Assembly: GCF_002113885.1 (NCBI RefSeq)
Contig: NW_018407519.1
Location: forward strand, 855,262-919,261
Direction of reading: 5' to 3'
From: Mizuhopecten yessoensis
Lineage: Eukaryota
Length of the DNA: 64,000 bases
Both the position numbers and the translations under genes were made by a program. Positions 47,127 through 61,700 of the stretch are shown in pieces. The notes beneath the pieces were generated by a model, which saw only the letters and a program-made list of their open reading frames with translations, had not been told where the DNA came from and ran no database searches. Each line of letters begins with the position of its first letter. Positions within the stretch are counted from its first letter, which is position 1.

Positions 47127-48789
47127 CTGAAGTCAGTATACATGTGAGTGGATGGAAGGTGAAACACGCCACAATACGTAAGACCTGAACACGTGTCGAT
47201 ATTGCAGTTTTAAATTGCGTGTACTACGGCCTATTTTATGGCTTGAAGTCTATTAACACAATACTTGAGACATGCTTTTATCTATTCCCATTGCGTACAT
47301 GTACTTGACTAAATTCACAGTAGCTGAAAAGCTGTGAAAGAACATTTCACAAAATATACACGGAGCAAATATTGATATTTCTCTCAATCATGTTCGTTAT
47401 ATACACGAACTCAAGTGTTAGGTATTTAGCAGGCAGTAGCATGTTTAAGGAAGAAGTGTTCAGGTTTTGAAGACATATTATTATTAAAATATATAAGTAA
47501 TGGACAGCATCAGAATTGTCCAGAATTGTCACACGCCATAGCAAGTAAACGGTTATTTGTTTTATGTAAACAATGAAGTTGCATGGATTTCCGTTTGTTC
47601 TTATGGAAATAGGACATTTAAGTTGTACGTTGGAATCGCTGATAAAATTTAAGGGTAGGCATGGATCCAGTGCCAATTTTAGATGCATGATTGCATTAAT
47701 TTCTTCATTTCCTTTTTATAACATAATGGCGAAGATCCATCATTGAGTTACAGAGAAGACTATTAAAGGTTTTGCGATGTTATCTCGGATGCCTCGCCGC
47801 TCAGCCCTGAGGGGTGATCAGCTCCATCTCGAGTACAGGTTTTGAACCCACCTCAAGATGATGAATACTACCAAGTTTCATACAAATTTGACAGATAATT
47901 TCTGAAGAAAAGTAAAAAAATAAAGTGATTGTTTCAGGTTTTTACTAAATGACCCCTCCGGGGCCAGTCCCTTCTTTAGAATAAATTCAGATCCTACTCA
48001 TCATTTTATGACATGTTGCTGAAAATCCACACCTACTTTTTAACGAAGAAGCAATTGAATGTTTCTGTTACCTCTTATCCCCTACCCCCTACCCCCGCCC
48101 AATGATGTGTCAGTTTGACTGACGGTTTCAAAGAAGAACTCGAAAATATGATTGTGTATGCATGGCCTGACGCCCAAAGACGGACAAAAGGCGATAGCAA
48201 TAGGTTACCAGACTGGCTAAGGTGACCAAATATATATTGCAAGTGTGACTCATATGGAACATTTCTGTAAGAAAGGACTTCAACAAATCTATTATGAAAG
48301 TGACAATATGGATAGTATTACTTAATCTCATTCTTTGCCTTTATAAAATATCATGCATGACAAAACGAGACAAACTTTTTAATCGCCAAATTATTTTACT
48401 GATTATGCAAATGAAAATCAGATATTTAAGCTTTCTTTCAGCGTACATATTATCGAAACAAATTCCAACTAGTGTCATGCATACATATCATTTTTGATGT
48501 AGGTGGAGAGCGATGTTGAATAAAAAGCAGGTCAACTGTTCTTGTACTTGGTACTGACACTAATTCCATGATTTTTAGACGCCGGACGTTTCCACTAAGT
48601 AAAACTAACGATTATTTTATTGAATCAATATACACTTTATGACACCATTGTCCCAATAAGAAAACAATAATGTTTGTGTATTGGTTGTAATTATACCGTA
48701 CGGAACCAGCCTTTTGATAGCGTATATTGGAACGTATATCAAAGAATATGACCTTATGTGCTGCAAGAACTCCATAAACCGACTGAACA

Positions 48790-51700
48790 GTAAACGTTAT
48801 ACATAGAATATGTAAGTTAGCCAGTGTACTGTACCCAATAAATATATTTTTTGAATAAAATCGATTTGACGTTATAAATTTGTCGCTGAAGATCAGGGGT
48901 CCGTACCGACGTGGTTCTATCTCACTTTATCTTTTCATAAATTCGTTTCAATACAACGAAGAGGTCTTATGCGTGCAAATGTTAATTGTTAAAGCAGAGT
49001 CCACTCAACAAATGTAACTATAACTACTGAACAGTGTGCTTTAATCTAACATCAAGTAGGAAGGACGTATATTGAGTTATAGACTGTTTAATACTACGTA
49101 CTTGGTGAAATACGTCAGTAAGCCACTGTCCTTCATATCGGCCGCCAGACCATTGACTAAATCTACATATATAAACGTCAGCTTCCTGGGATGATCCCTT
49201 CAGTAATCACATAAATATGTTTACTTATAAACTAAACAAACACCATGCTGTTGATTATCTCCAGTGAAGGTCAGTTTATTAGTTTATTAGTTTGTGTCGG
49301 TCATCTCCTGTACCGTCACAGGAGGTTATCCATTTAAAACCAATTAAGAAATAGATTATGATTTGGGTTGATTGTCAATTACATTTTTATTATTTTGGGA
49401 AAATTTGTTATCTTTAGGTATTAATTCATTTCCTAAATAACTGATAGGAAGTAGTAACGACCGTATAATATTGCAACGTTATGCCTGTATAATAAGGATT
49501 GCAACAAAATGCAAAATGTTAAACTAATATTGAAGGTATGCTTTTATCGAAATTTGGTAATATACCCCATTTTTATGCACTTTTGAACAAAATAGTTTTC
49601 AAATTACAACATTATTAGCATTTCAGAATATGTGCCCGTTCCCTGTATGTAGGCGACAAAAACTATTGCAATTCGTTATAACAAAAAAAAGGGGTGGGGT
49701 TTAATACACAAAATATTATTCACAATTTCAACTATAAATTCCAATATTTCGAATTTCAACTGTTTTATCTGTAAGTGTACAAATACAGGTAACTGAGAAC
49801 ATCTTTCATCGGATTACTTTTCTTTTTCTTTTTCTAAGTTTTTCAAGCTTTTCAACAATTTCTGTTTTTCACAGGCATCACATTACATCAAAAATGACAC
49901 AAGAAAAAAAGGTAACAGAAATATTGATTTGATACATTTTTACAGAAAAAAATGACATCTCATTGTTATTTTTTAAACATGATTTTATTGTTTAATATGA
50001 TTAAATTCTGAAAGAAATGCCTTTTATCTTTGTTAATCATGCCACTAACTTGTTCTTTTATAAATTATTGGCATCACGTAACAATAAAAATAAATAAAAC
50101 AAAACCTCAAATGAATGAAATTTTACTTGACAATTAAGCGGCCAATTCCCGAGTTTTGTTTCAAGCATAAACGTTTATATGAGACCGAACAGGAGAACCC
50201 CGACACACAATTGAAAAACCAATAAACTGACCTTCACCAAGACTTATCAACAGCGTAGTGTTTGTTTAGTTTGTAAGTAAACATATTAATGTGATTACTG
50301 GAGAGATCATCCCAGGAAGCTGACGTGTGTACATTGATTGATTTGTAAACTCTCAGTTATCTGGCGGCGACATGATGGACAGTGGCATACTGACGTGTTT
50401 CAACAAGTTCGTGTATTGAACAGAAAACATATCTATAACTCAATACATTTCCTACCAGATGTCAAATTAAAACACACTGTTCAATCGTTATATTTACATT
50501 TGTTGAAGTGTACTCGTTAAACAGCATTAAAACACTTGTACACATAAGATCTTTTTTGTATTGAAACTAATATATTATCTGATAAGACGAGACATCATCA
50601 CACCAGTACGAACGACAAAATGACAACGTCATATCCATTGAATTGAAAAGGTATTGATGGATACAGAACAGTGGCTAACATTCAGGTTCTATGTCAATTG
50701 TTTGATACGTGTTTTGTTAGCTCTCTCATCAGCCAAGGTCATATGAAGACGGATTCTTTGAAGGAAATTACTGTACAAGTATGTGTTTAGTAACGATTTA
50801 AGTCCAAGTTTTATAATATTTAAGAACTGGCCCCATATGGTAATAACTATCCCTATGCATAAAAAATTGCTTCCACACCGGAACAAAGCCTTCATATCAG
50901 ACATTTGATATTCAATAAAAAGAGTGGTTAGTTTCATAAAAAGGAAGTAGTAATGGGATGTCAATATATAGATATTGTTCCCATAAAACGCTCAGGTAGC
51001 AGGCATTAGTATTTATATTATGATGTAAAAACTTCAAGAAGATCGCAATTATGGTATTGATGTTGTACATGTGGCGGTGGGGGGCATATATTGCTTATTA
51101 AATATTGTCGTGGTATGGTACGCTATATATGTCCCCTAACTCGAAACAAAAACCCTACAATCTGTAGAAACACAGACCCCTTTTCTAATAAAGAGCACAG
51201 TGTAGTATGTAACAGGGCTACAATATGATGCACATGATTTATCAAATACTCAGTGCGAAGTGGACATTCACCAAAATAGTAGTAGTAAGCTGCTCCACGT
51301 GATAACATTAACACTCGTGATTCTAATAACTGTTGTCCGAAGTCATGCCATAAGTGAGTGTAATCTACATCTACGGTCTAGGACGAAATTTCAGGCTACA
51401 GTAGGTTAACATGTGTAGATCGGGGAACAGTGACTTATACAGCGTTTTTCTACATGTTGAAATGCTGACTCATTTTCAAAACAAAAAAGATAAGGTTTTA
51501 GGTTAGAAATAGTTTATTCAATAGTGCTGGATTAATGATTATTCTGAATCCCTTGTAGTTTGATACTTTCTTTCAGCAATAGCAATTGGATTCCACATTA
51601 CTGACAGACAAGTTAAACCATAGATTGTCAACAAGGATAATTATTTGTATCATCATTTGCTTATTATTTGCTTTGGTTTATTATCAAATTATAGTAAAGC

Positions 51701-52420
51701 ATACCTTTAGCCTTTGTTAAGCATAATGCTTTTTGTTTTCTATGGATCATCTATGGGTGTCGCATACTATATACGGACATGCAAATTTCCTCATAGAAAT
51801 TCATAACAAACCCTCTAAATATGAAATGTAAATGATAACCATACCAAAAAATCCCTCTGTTTGCCTAAGTCATAATGTTTTAACTAATAAAAGCAATTGG
51901 CAACGTCCTGAGACCAACCAGAAGATGACTGGGACAGAATCAAAAACCAATAAACTGACCTTCGCCAGAAGGTTTCTAGAAAGTGAGGTTTGTTTAGATT
52001 ATAAGTAAACATATTAATGTGAATACTGGAGGTGTCATCAGTGGAAATTGATTGCATGTTAAACTATATACTTCCACTCTCCTGGCGGCTGATATGAAGG
52101 ACAGCAGCTTTCACCAAGCATTCTATGAATTACGCTAGTGTTTTTTCTTTTTTTAAATATATTTCTTTTGATAGAAATACCGTATTTCCTTTATTAATAA
52201 AGTTTCCGTAAGTATAATTATAACCATTGTGAGTACGATTTTTTCCCGTGTTGGAATGAAGACATCATTACCTGTTTTTTTTTCAAATAAATGTGGTCGT
52301 TAGTTTTTCGAGGAAATTGGAAGTCAATATATAGATACTCTATTCATGAAACGCTCACGAAGGAGATATTGATTTACTGAAAATATGTAAATACTTCATC
52401 ATAAATATGGTAATAATATT
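48790..52420. repeat. Old local repeat in three copies: ~48790-49290 inverted relative to ~50214-50700; partial direct copy at ~51940-52420
   Basis: AAAAACCAATAAACTGACCTTC..GTTTGTTTAG.TT.TAAGTAAACATATTAATGTGA.TACTGGAG at 50214 and 51941; reverse complement at ~49175-49293. Confidence 0.75.
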
Positions 52421-52704
52421 GTATAGTTAATAAGCACTGCATGTCTCCCCTACCTCGATATATTGTCTGGGCATGACAATCTGATGTCCCTTAACCCGAC
52501 ACATTGTCCTGGGATGATAAATTCATGTTTCCTACTGTGGCATATTGCCTAGACATGCTATACTATCTTTCATCAACAGCGGAACAGTATCTAGGCATAT
52601 TCGGTCATTAAAAAAACAAACTCAAAACGAATATGTAAATATGATTTTTATTTATTTTACAATAATTATTAAATATGTTATTACAACTGATATTAATCAC
52701 TCTT

Positions 52705-52867
52705 TATGGCCTGGAAATTAGCGCCCTTGGGTCTTTATATGGGCAGAAACCAGAGTACCCGGAGAAAACCCACGTGGTCGGGCAGGTGACCTCTTTCACG
52801 TCCGATCGGGGAATCAAACCTCGGCCGCATGTGAAAGGCGAGTTAGTTATCCAATGCACCACCCGAC
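52705..52867 (-). mobile_element. tRNA-derived V-domain SINE
   Basis: Reverse strand GGGTGGTGCATTGG...GGTTTGATTCCCCG...GTGGGTTTTCTCCGGGTACTCTGGTTTCTGCCC. Confidence 0.85.
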
Positions 52868-53049
52868 ATCAATATGGATATATTATCATGTTGACATTCC
52901 AACCCTTGTTGTGCCATTGCGTTTGGTGGTATTTATCTCAAAATGGAACAAGACACTATCGAGTCAATATGTATTCATTTACGAAGAAAGATTGTTCAGC
53001 CAATTCATAAAGAAATAGAATTATAGAAGGAAAGATATTACATCAGCCT

Positions 53050-53270
53050 CAAAACACAATAAAGAAATGTACCACTGCGTCAATATACAATGAAACAATT
53101 ATCAAAGCGTCAAGATACAATGAAACAATGTATCGCAGCATCAATATACAATGAAACAATGTATCACAGCGTCAACATACAATGAAACAATGTATCACAG
53201 CGTCAATACACAGTGACGAAATACATACCACAGCCTCGAAACACATTGAAATAAAACAAGTCAGCATCAA
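53050..53270. repeat. ~32-bp degenerate tandem repeat, followed by an A26 run at 53351-53376
   Basis: TACAATGAAACAATGTATCACAGCGTCAATA units. Confidence 0.8.
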
Positions 53271-53345
53271 CACATAAAAAAACACCCAGAAGAACATGTA
53301 ACATTATTAATAAATGCACCAGCAGGAAGGATAGGGAACAGTCAT

Positions 53346-53376
<31 letters not shown>

Positions 53377-56300
53377 GCAGAAGAGCAGGTACCCTAATTA
53401 ATTAAAAAACGAAGGAGGGAAATCAGTTATAAGATATACTGTTCCTAGCAAATAAGATATGTCGATCACTTATATCAAGTCATGACGGACACTATAATCT
53501 CACAGTTGAAGGAGAGGTCAAGTTATCGACCGTAAGAATTCTCCAGCCTTGATTGACCTCCATAATATAGTTTATAACTCAATACATATATACATAGAGA
53601 GCCCCGAGAGGAGGGTCGTTACAGATCCGTCAGAGGGGTGCTCCGATTAACGTAACGGAATAATCTACCACACCAACCAGCCATACTGGATCTACCCAGA
53701 TAATTCTAAAACACTGACGTGTGGTATTTAAGCTGGAGCATGGGAGGGTGGTTTACGTTTTACTGAAGAAGGAACCATTTCTGTAGTTAACGATTGCAAA
53801 TGAAAGTGATAGCTTTAGACGTTAATTTTCATTTTTATAATTTTAGTACCATTAGTGAAATCAAAATGCCGGTAATGGACAAAAGAGACATAATTATTAT
53901 TATTTTGTTTAATTTGATTGGCTTTGTGCATCCACTTAAATTTTTAATCAGGTGTTTCCTTACCACGAATTGCTAGTAATTCTTTGTGATCGAGTTTGGT
54001 TGTGAGATGACCGTTATCGTCATACTAAACAATGACTATGACAAAGAACGGTCTTTATAACTAGTTCTGGATTATAAATGAAATGCAAATAGTTAGTTTT
54101 CCAAAAATATAAATGTCATTCATTTATATGTAACTAAATATTTAGACAAAGACTGTACCTTTATTTTAAATATCCCATTGTATTTAAAAGGGAATCAGGG
54201 GACGAAGCCTTTTCTGTCTGTGTATGATATAAATGTGTATGTTTATTGGTAGCAGGACAGTCTATTAAACAGATCAATACGCATGCTACTAAAATTAGCA
54301 CTCCTTGAAAACCCCCGAGCCAGTGCCAATTGATGAAGTAGATCCTGAACAGCTGATGTCAACCTCACTATTATACATAGAAGCGCATAGGATAGCTTAA
54401 GCAATTGATTGGTTAATTGTATGTTGTAAAGCAATACATCATGTCGAGATACAATTATAGCTTCGATTTGTTCTAGGGGGAAATCATCGTGTCCCACGGG
54501 AACGTTGACACTTAATATTTACTGCACGATATAAACATTTTATGTCTAGCTGAAGTCAGACGGATGTCACGTCCCTGTCGTACTGTAGTGGTTAAGTTGT
54601 TATCTATAATTGTACCTCATAACAATTATCATCATTTCTCTTAAGCCTGGGTTCAAAGTTGCTCATTTCAACCTATAAACATTTTCTTCATAAAATCATT
54701 AGTTCCTTCAAGCTACAATTGTTTTACGATTTGTGTCACGTGTGGGGTTACCTTTGCCGCTCTTATCATTTTATTGTAATTGCCCAGTATTTGTTATTAT
54801 AACTATATTACGCGTTCAATTGCACAAGGACCATATTAGTAATGTTCAGTTTCGTGTTGTCATATAATCATCACGTTTGTATTAGTGTATGGTAGCGACA
54901 TCACAGTTTTTGTCCTTTTGTTATCAAATGTTATCATGTTTGGCTGATAGATGGCAATAATTGTTATAATGTAAGTTAATGTTTAAGTGTTGGGTAGTGA
55001 GATGATAAATTTCATAATGTGAATATAAATATATATATCTGAACATGAGTCTTTTGTTTATTTTCATTATTTTCGTTCTGGTGGGGGTTCTTGAAATGTG
55101 TCAATACCATGATTATAAAAGGTAAATATAAACAAACCTTTAGATAAAGAAAAGAAAGGTAATTTATTTTAGAGGTAGGAAAATAATTGGAAAATTTGGA
55201 AAAATGTCAGGTTACTGTATTCTATTTCCCTAAAATGCTTGTTTCAATGACGTGAACCGTGATATCACAATTACAACGATATCATCATTGATTGCATTTG
55301 CCATCGAAACAAATTATGTTTTTTGTCTTTCTCACTCCAGTGCGAGTATTACAGAAATATCGGGGGTAATAAAGGTGTTTAAGACATTTCTTTCTTACAC
55401 CCCATTTTACATGCTTCACTTCACAATGGGATAACAATGACATGGTGTAACAAAATCGGAAAAAATCCGATAGGCAAAAAAAATGAGACTTGTTTGTGTG
55501 TTTCTGAGCTGATTTTTTTTTCCACGTTCAGGTTTGTAGAGTAAAGAAATTCCGCAATCGGGGTTTTCAATTGGTACAGAACCCTCGGCAAGCCTCGGGT
55601 TTCCCAAATTTAACCTTGTCATTGAAGAGCCCGATAATCCTACACCGCTGGACATGAAAGAGTCATATATCTCTACTCAACCACTCTGCTATATACATAT
55701 GTATTTATTAGGTGGGGAGCAATCCAAAGTATTGGAATGGTGCTTAAATCTAATCTTGTTAAATATTTTCTCAAACAAATATACGCTATTCACTTTCCCA
55801 TACTACACAAAACGTTTCCGTTTTGGTTCGAGTATTTGACTTCTTTAAATGCGATTCGTGCCAACTCCTGTTCTTGATGCTCATAAAGAATTTAGTTCTG
55901 ACATACGCTGGACTGTACAACCTCAATATCATGTCCTTCGTTTTATTTGTGTTCGCGTATACTCACTACAATTTTTCAAGGTAAAGTTTCTATATATCTT
56001 CACAATCCCTTTATTTTTCCTTAAATATGTTTAAAAATCCATTCAAAATGCCAAAATTGTACTGGACGATGTCTTTTTGTAAATTCATCATTGCCGTTTA
56101 TTTACTTACATGATCCTTACATCGACATGACTTTTATAATCTTTAATCCTTTTTCAATTACAGTGATCAAACCCCATAATAAACGGATTTCAATGGAGTA
56201 ATCCAATCTGTATATCCTTCCATTCCGTCTTATGAATTGCAATTCTAATACAGAAATTTAAGTATCCTATAAAGATTGAAGTATTTACAAATACATAGCG

Positions 56301-58716
56301 TTCGGACATACCGTTAAATCTAGATCAATTTATTTTATAATCAAGAGAGGAATCTCTCAATGCAGTATCCTGGTAATACGACACTACACCCGGCCGTGAC
56401 TCGACATAGATCTAACTGATTTAGATTTGTTAATAATTCTCAACTATCTTCTTTTTTATCGAGTATGGGTCATTGATCTGTGGACAAAATTACAGTTATG
56501 TAGTATAAGCGTCAAGTTAATTAAAGGATTTCTACACCAAACATGCAACCGTAAAATGTACACATCGGCAGCATGCTTATTTTTGCTAGAAGTGGTTGGT
56601 AAAAAGGGTATAATATCGAGTTGTTTCCATATCTTTTTAAACCAATTATCGAAATAAATCCATTGAAATAATATATGATTGTTTATTTAACCCAAGTAAT
56701 TTAATTCATTGAGGCCGATTTTCGCGTGGACTCAAGAAGAGACTTTTCGCCAATTTAAAGTTTTTCTAATATGAATTTCACAAATAGTAACTATGGGTAT
56801 TATAAACTATCTTCTCTTTCGCGAGTTAAAGCATTCGCGAACAAGTCTTATGGACATAACTATCGAATAAAGGGCACGCCAAAAAAGTAGCAAACATTAA
56901 CAGATCATCATGTTAAAAACTGTTATGCCAGTAAAATGAAAAACAGTATTAAACGCAAATAAAGTCAAGCTCCATGTGGACTATTATTTAAGTCCCCAAG
57001 CTGAGATTCAACACTAACATGATATGGTAGTGGTGTCAAACACCAATTTCACCATTAGATGCTTTGATATATCACTTATAGGCAGTCTCAATGTCACATA
57101 CATTACGTAAATTGCACAAATGCCCCTAGCGTTTCAGATTTTATTGCCCTGTTGGGTAATTTGCATTCATATTACTAACGATCGCCACGTGAGAGTACTT
57201 AACTACACTGATAGGTGTTAACTTTGTATAAAATATAAATAAAATAATACAGGACCGGTGAAATTCAAATTTTTTGCAAAAATCATGTATTCCTTTTCAA
57301 AAAGAACCATCAATCTGCCAACAAGATAAGATGATATCGAATATTACTATTATAACGTGGTTCCGCTGATTGCGTGTTCGACGAGGCGCTATGAGCAATA
57401 AACAAGTGAATAGCTGGTATATTGCACTCACATCAAGTTAATAATGTTTTATTACTTTATTTACGTTACAATAATAACACAGAAGAGAATAGTTATTTCG
57501 GATGTGCAGATAGAATGCGAAATTCTCGATGTGTAATATACAGGTGTGCAATGATTAGATCTGATTGGAAAATCCAGGTATGTAAGCTAGAGTTTCCAGG
57601 CATTAATAAATAAAGATCTGCATACTTGCTTAGAGGTCGATCATTATGATTGATAATTAGTATGATTTTTTATCAGATCAACAGGCATTATCATATAAAT
57701 AAATTGAATTTGACTTTATGTATAATAAAATGTATAACCCTTCCTTAACATACATTTCATGTCAACAGGTATCAAAACAATTGTATATCTTATAGATAAA
57801 GCATTATTTTAATATTATTCATCATCGTACATATCTGTTTATATCAAGGTCCCAGTCAAGTCCGATATCCATGGAATATTGACATCCAACAGTTAAATAG
57901 AGAATAAAACCTACACAACTATAAACTGTAGAGTACAGTTAGTCAACGCAATTGATTGGCTCCCACCGACTACGAGTTATGGTGGTATTCGGGCGAAGTG
58001 AAGAAGATAGACCTGGTTTCCGAATAGAAGATATTGGAGAAAATGACTTTAACCAAATTAACAGAAAAAAAGCTCTATAGATCTCTGCATATCAAGACTA
58101 GACATGTTTTATTGAAATTTATTGTACTGAAGCGTTGAAAAGCTAAAGTAATAATATGTTTCAAATTCGAACTTGTATTTTCCAATCTTATTGTATGTAC
58201 GTGTATATGAAATTTGGGGCTGTCAGAATACAATGGATATTAAAGAAATCCAATTACACCTCTATAAAGAAAATTAATTAAAGAAATAGATTCCCCAAGC
58301 AATATTGTGCAAGGAAGGTTTATTATATACTTTTTGGAAAATAGAGTTAAATGACTGTTCGGACATAAGCTTATAACTGGACCCTGTTGTTCAAAGTTTT
58401 GTTAGATTGATCACAATTTAACTAATTTGTTTAAATGTAGTATATTTCGCATCATCATTTCTAACTTAAGCTTACAATACATGAGTAAGGAATCGAAATT
58501 AATGTCAGGAATGCAGAAGCAATATAAAATTTCAAATATATAAATAATCACAAATTTATATTTGATTGAAAGACTCATAAGCTAACCAGACTTTGTACTG
58601 CCGAGCCCAGGAGTGACGTTCTCTAGTTTCCTGAATAATATCGTGTTTGAAAATTACAACAGAAAATAATCGCTTTTTTAATGTCTATATGTTATAAAAG
58701 ATTTATTAATATCAAA

Positions 58717-61700
58717 GGGCCTGTTTCCAGTAATGTTGATTGTCCATTGGAGCCTGTCCCCGTATAATTTCTTATCTAGCTCAACTACTGTTTTTTTCTT
58801 TTCCGAAGAATAATTTTACACCTTTCCGACACCCAGATTTCATAATTTCAGTGAAAATGTATTTTTATAAAGTTGTCAATTTCAGCATCAAAGACATAAG
58901 TTCGTAAATAAAAGAAGGTTATCTCGAAATTGTAATTCGCAACATAGTATAAATTTCTTTTGATAAATATTTCCAAAACATCGTGTTTATTCATAAAACA
59001 TAAAAAAAAATATTCTCGGATGAAAATGCACTTGCAGAGACACAATTATGAAGAAAAATGCCATAAAATTGCAATTTTCTCCCGTTATATAGTTTTGGAT
59101 GCAAATTTCCATCAGAAAATCGGATAGAGCTTTACTTGTTTCATATGTGTACCAAAAATCAGCTAATTCCATGTGGTGGAACGTTCTCATATCGCCGCCT
59201 GAATGTGGTTGTAAATTGAAAGAAAAGGGGAAATGAGTAACAACCTTGTCTGAAACCCTATTATATAGCTTATTATATACAAACTTTTATATTGAATATC
59301 AGAGCGGATATTTTCATGACAGTTTTATGATGTGTAACGACTAAATAAACAGTATCGATATAAAGATTTACACTGAGGACACCCTGATACATGAATACTG
59401 TTCTATCTCAAGTTGTCCTCTTCTGAATTTTCTGATCGTGTGGCCTTGTACATTTATCCGTATCTTCTTGTCTTTGTCTATACGTTTACGGAATCATTGA
59501 CTCGACGCTAGCTATTCTTGTCTCACTTTCCTTGTTTTATTGTCCCATCTCCAAAGCGTTGTGGCTCTGTCAGGGTTGGGACCCTGACTTGTCTCACTTT
59601 CTTTGTGCCTGCCGACCACGCCACATCGAATAGATAGATTATCCATATGAAATACTTTATTTTGTTCTAAGTAATCAATCAATTCTGCGCTTCTTGGAGG
59701 TATTGAATGTGATTTATTATATTGTCTTGTTATTTTGTGTAATTAGTTGTTCGTTATTTATCACACATTTTCGCATAATTGTACCAAACTACTAAGTATT
59801 AGCTGTTTACAGCAATCATCGGTGGCTTGCTATTTTGTTACTTTATCGACGCTTCATAAACCAATCGTTATTGTTTCAAGATGGAGGGTAAATGTGTTGG
59901 AGAAGGGTGTCAAGTATACTTCAAGAAACGTAGTGGCAATAAGAACAGAAGTGCACGCAATGTAAATAGTCCACAATATAAATGGCTCCTAGATACGCTG
60001 GTGCAACAAGGATTGATGTCAGCAAAGGAACAAGCACTTATTTGCCAGAAGTGCTACATGAAGTATCTTCGGAACAAAAATCAGCCTGAACCTGAACCCG
60101 AGCAGAACCAGGAAATAGAGGAAGAAGACGACTCCCCGTCCCATATCCTGCCGTTGCTGACCCTTCATGATCTTTTGAATGGATCATCTTCACACAAAAA
60201 ATGCTGTCTCTGTCTTGTTACCTTTGCAAGAAATGGAACAAAATCATCAGTCTTACCAAAACGTGCAAGACATCACCTGATCTATTCACACAAACTGTGG
60301 TGTCCCACCTCATCCCGCGTCTGCTCCATTCACCTTATTGGTAACGACTTAGATCCGTCTACAGAGGTTGTCCTTGATGGTAGAGGTTCCTTGGAATCTC
60401 AGTTACCATCAAAATCGTCCGAAATCATTAATGACCTCCTAGAGGTGTCGCACGTCCTTTCACAGAACCAGTCTGCGTTTACAATAAGCTTTTCTTCTCT
60501 TGATGACTCGGCATGCATGGCCTGGACAGGTTGGTCCAAAGATCAGTTCCTCGAAATCCACTCGCACTGTTCCCCATATCTTTCATCTGGTATATATACC
60601 AAGACTACACACGATGCTCTATTACTGTTCTGGGTAAAACTGAAAACCGACATTTCCTGGAGTCAGTGTTCTTCTCTTTTTGGAATTTCCAAGTCAAGTG
60701 TGTCCAAAACTTTCCACTCCATAGTACAGGCATTAGACACATCGATAGTCCCACAATTTCTAGGTCCGGATCACTTGACAAGAGAACAGTTGCTCGGGCA
60801 CAATACTGTCTTTTCAGAAGCATTTTTTGGAGATAAAGCCACTGCCATATTAGATGGCACCTATATTTATATCCAGAAAAGCTCCGACCACAAGCTCCAG
60901 AGAATGTCCTACTGTGGCCAGAAGAAGAGAAACTATCTCAAATTCATGAGCATCGCCTTACCAGATGGCTACATTCTGGACACAGTAGGACCATTCACTG
61001 GCAGCGAAAATGATGCTACAATTACAAAAAAAGTCATGGACAAGCTAGTTACTTGGCTACAACCAGACGACAACGTTGTCGTTGACCGAGGTTTTAGAGA
61101 TGTCCTACCAGTTCTCGAAGCCTCTGGCCTCAATGCTAGCATGCCGTCATACCTGAAACCCGGTCAAAGTCAACATTCTGACGTCCAAGCAAATCTTGAC
61201 AGAACTATCACCAAATCGAGGTGGATTGTGGAATCCTATCATGGTCGTCTGAAACACTGGACGTTCTTCCGAACGCAATTGGTGTCTAACAGCTTTATCA
61301 ATGTCATCGAGGCTTTGCTTCGAACCGTCACAGCCTGTCTGAATGGTATTAGAGGACCGATCTACCAGAGATCTCCAGAGAGAGATGCCAAAGATAGGCT
61401 AATGGCTGAACGTATGAAGGACCGTTTGACAACACCGAATGGTTTAGCTCAGAGAGTCAAGACAGATCCGGATCTATCTAGACGGGCAAGGTCCGAGTTT
61501 GTCAAGATGGATGCATCTTCCGTACTGTTTCCCCGTCTCGATCTTGATTACTTGAGAACCATTACGTGTGGAACGTATCAGATATCTCTGGCTCCTGGTT
61601 ACATCGCCGAACATTTAAGTGATGACGGAGACTATGAGGTGTGGCTTTACCAGCACTCCCCAGACCTTCTCCGATGTCAAATACATTCTCGACACAAAAG

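Noticed and set aside
46928-52867. tRNA genes at 46928 and 52867
   Set aside because: A/B boxes are present but there is no complete cloverleaf, and both continue into SINE V-domain bodies.
54243-55839. Short ORFs (54243..54497, 55416..55655, 55654..55839) and a plus-strand acceptor at ~55530
   Set aside because: No recognisable domain or consistent exon chain; possibly UTR or regulatory sequence, but unsupported.
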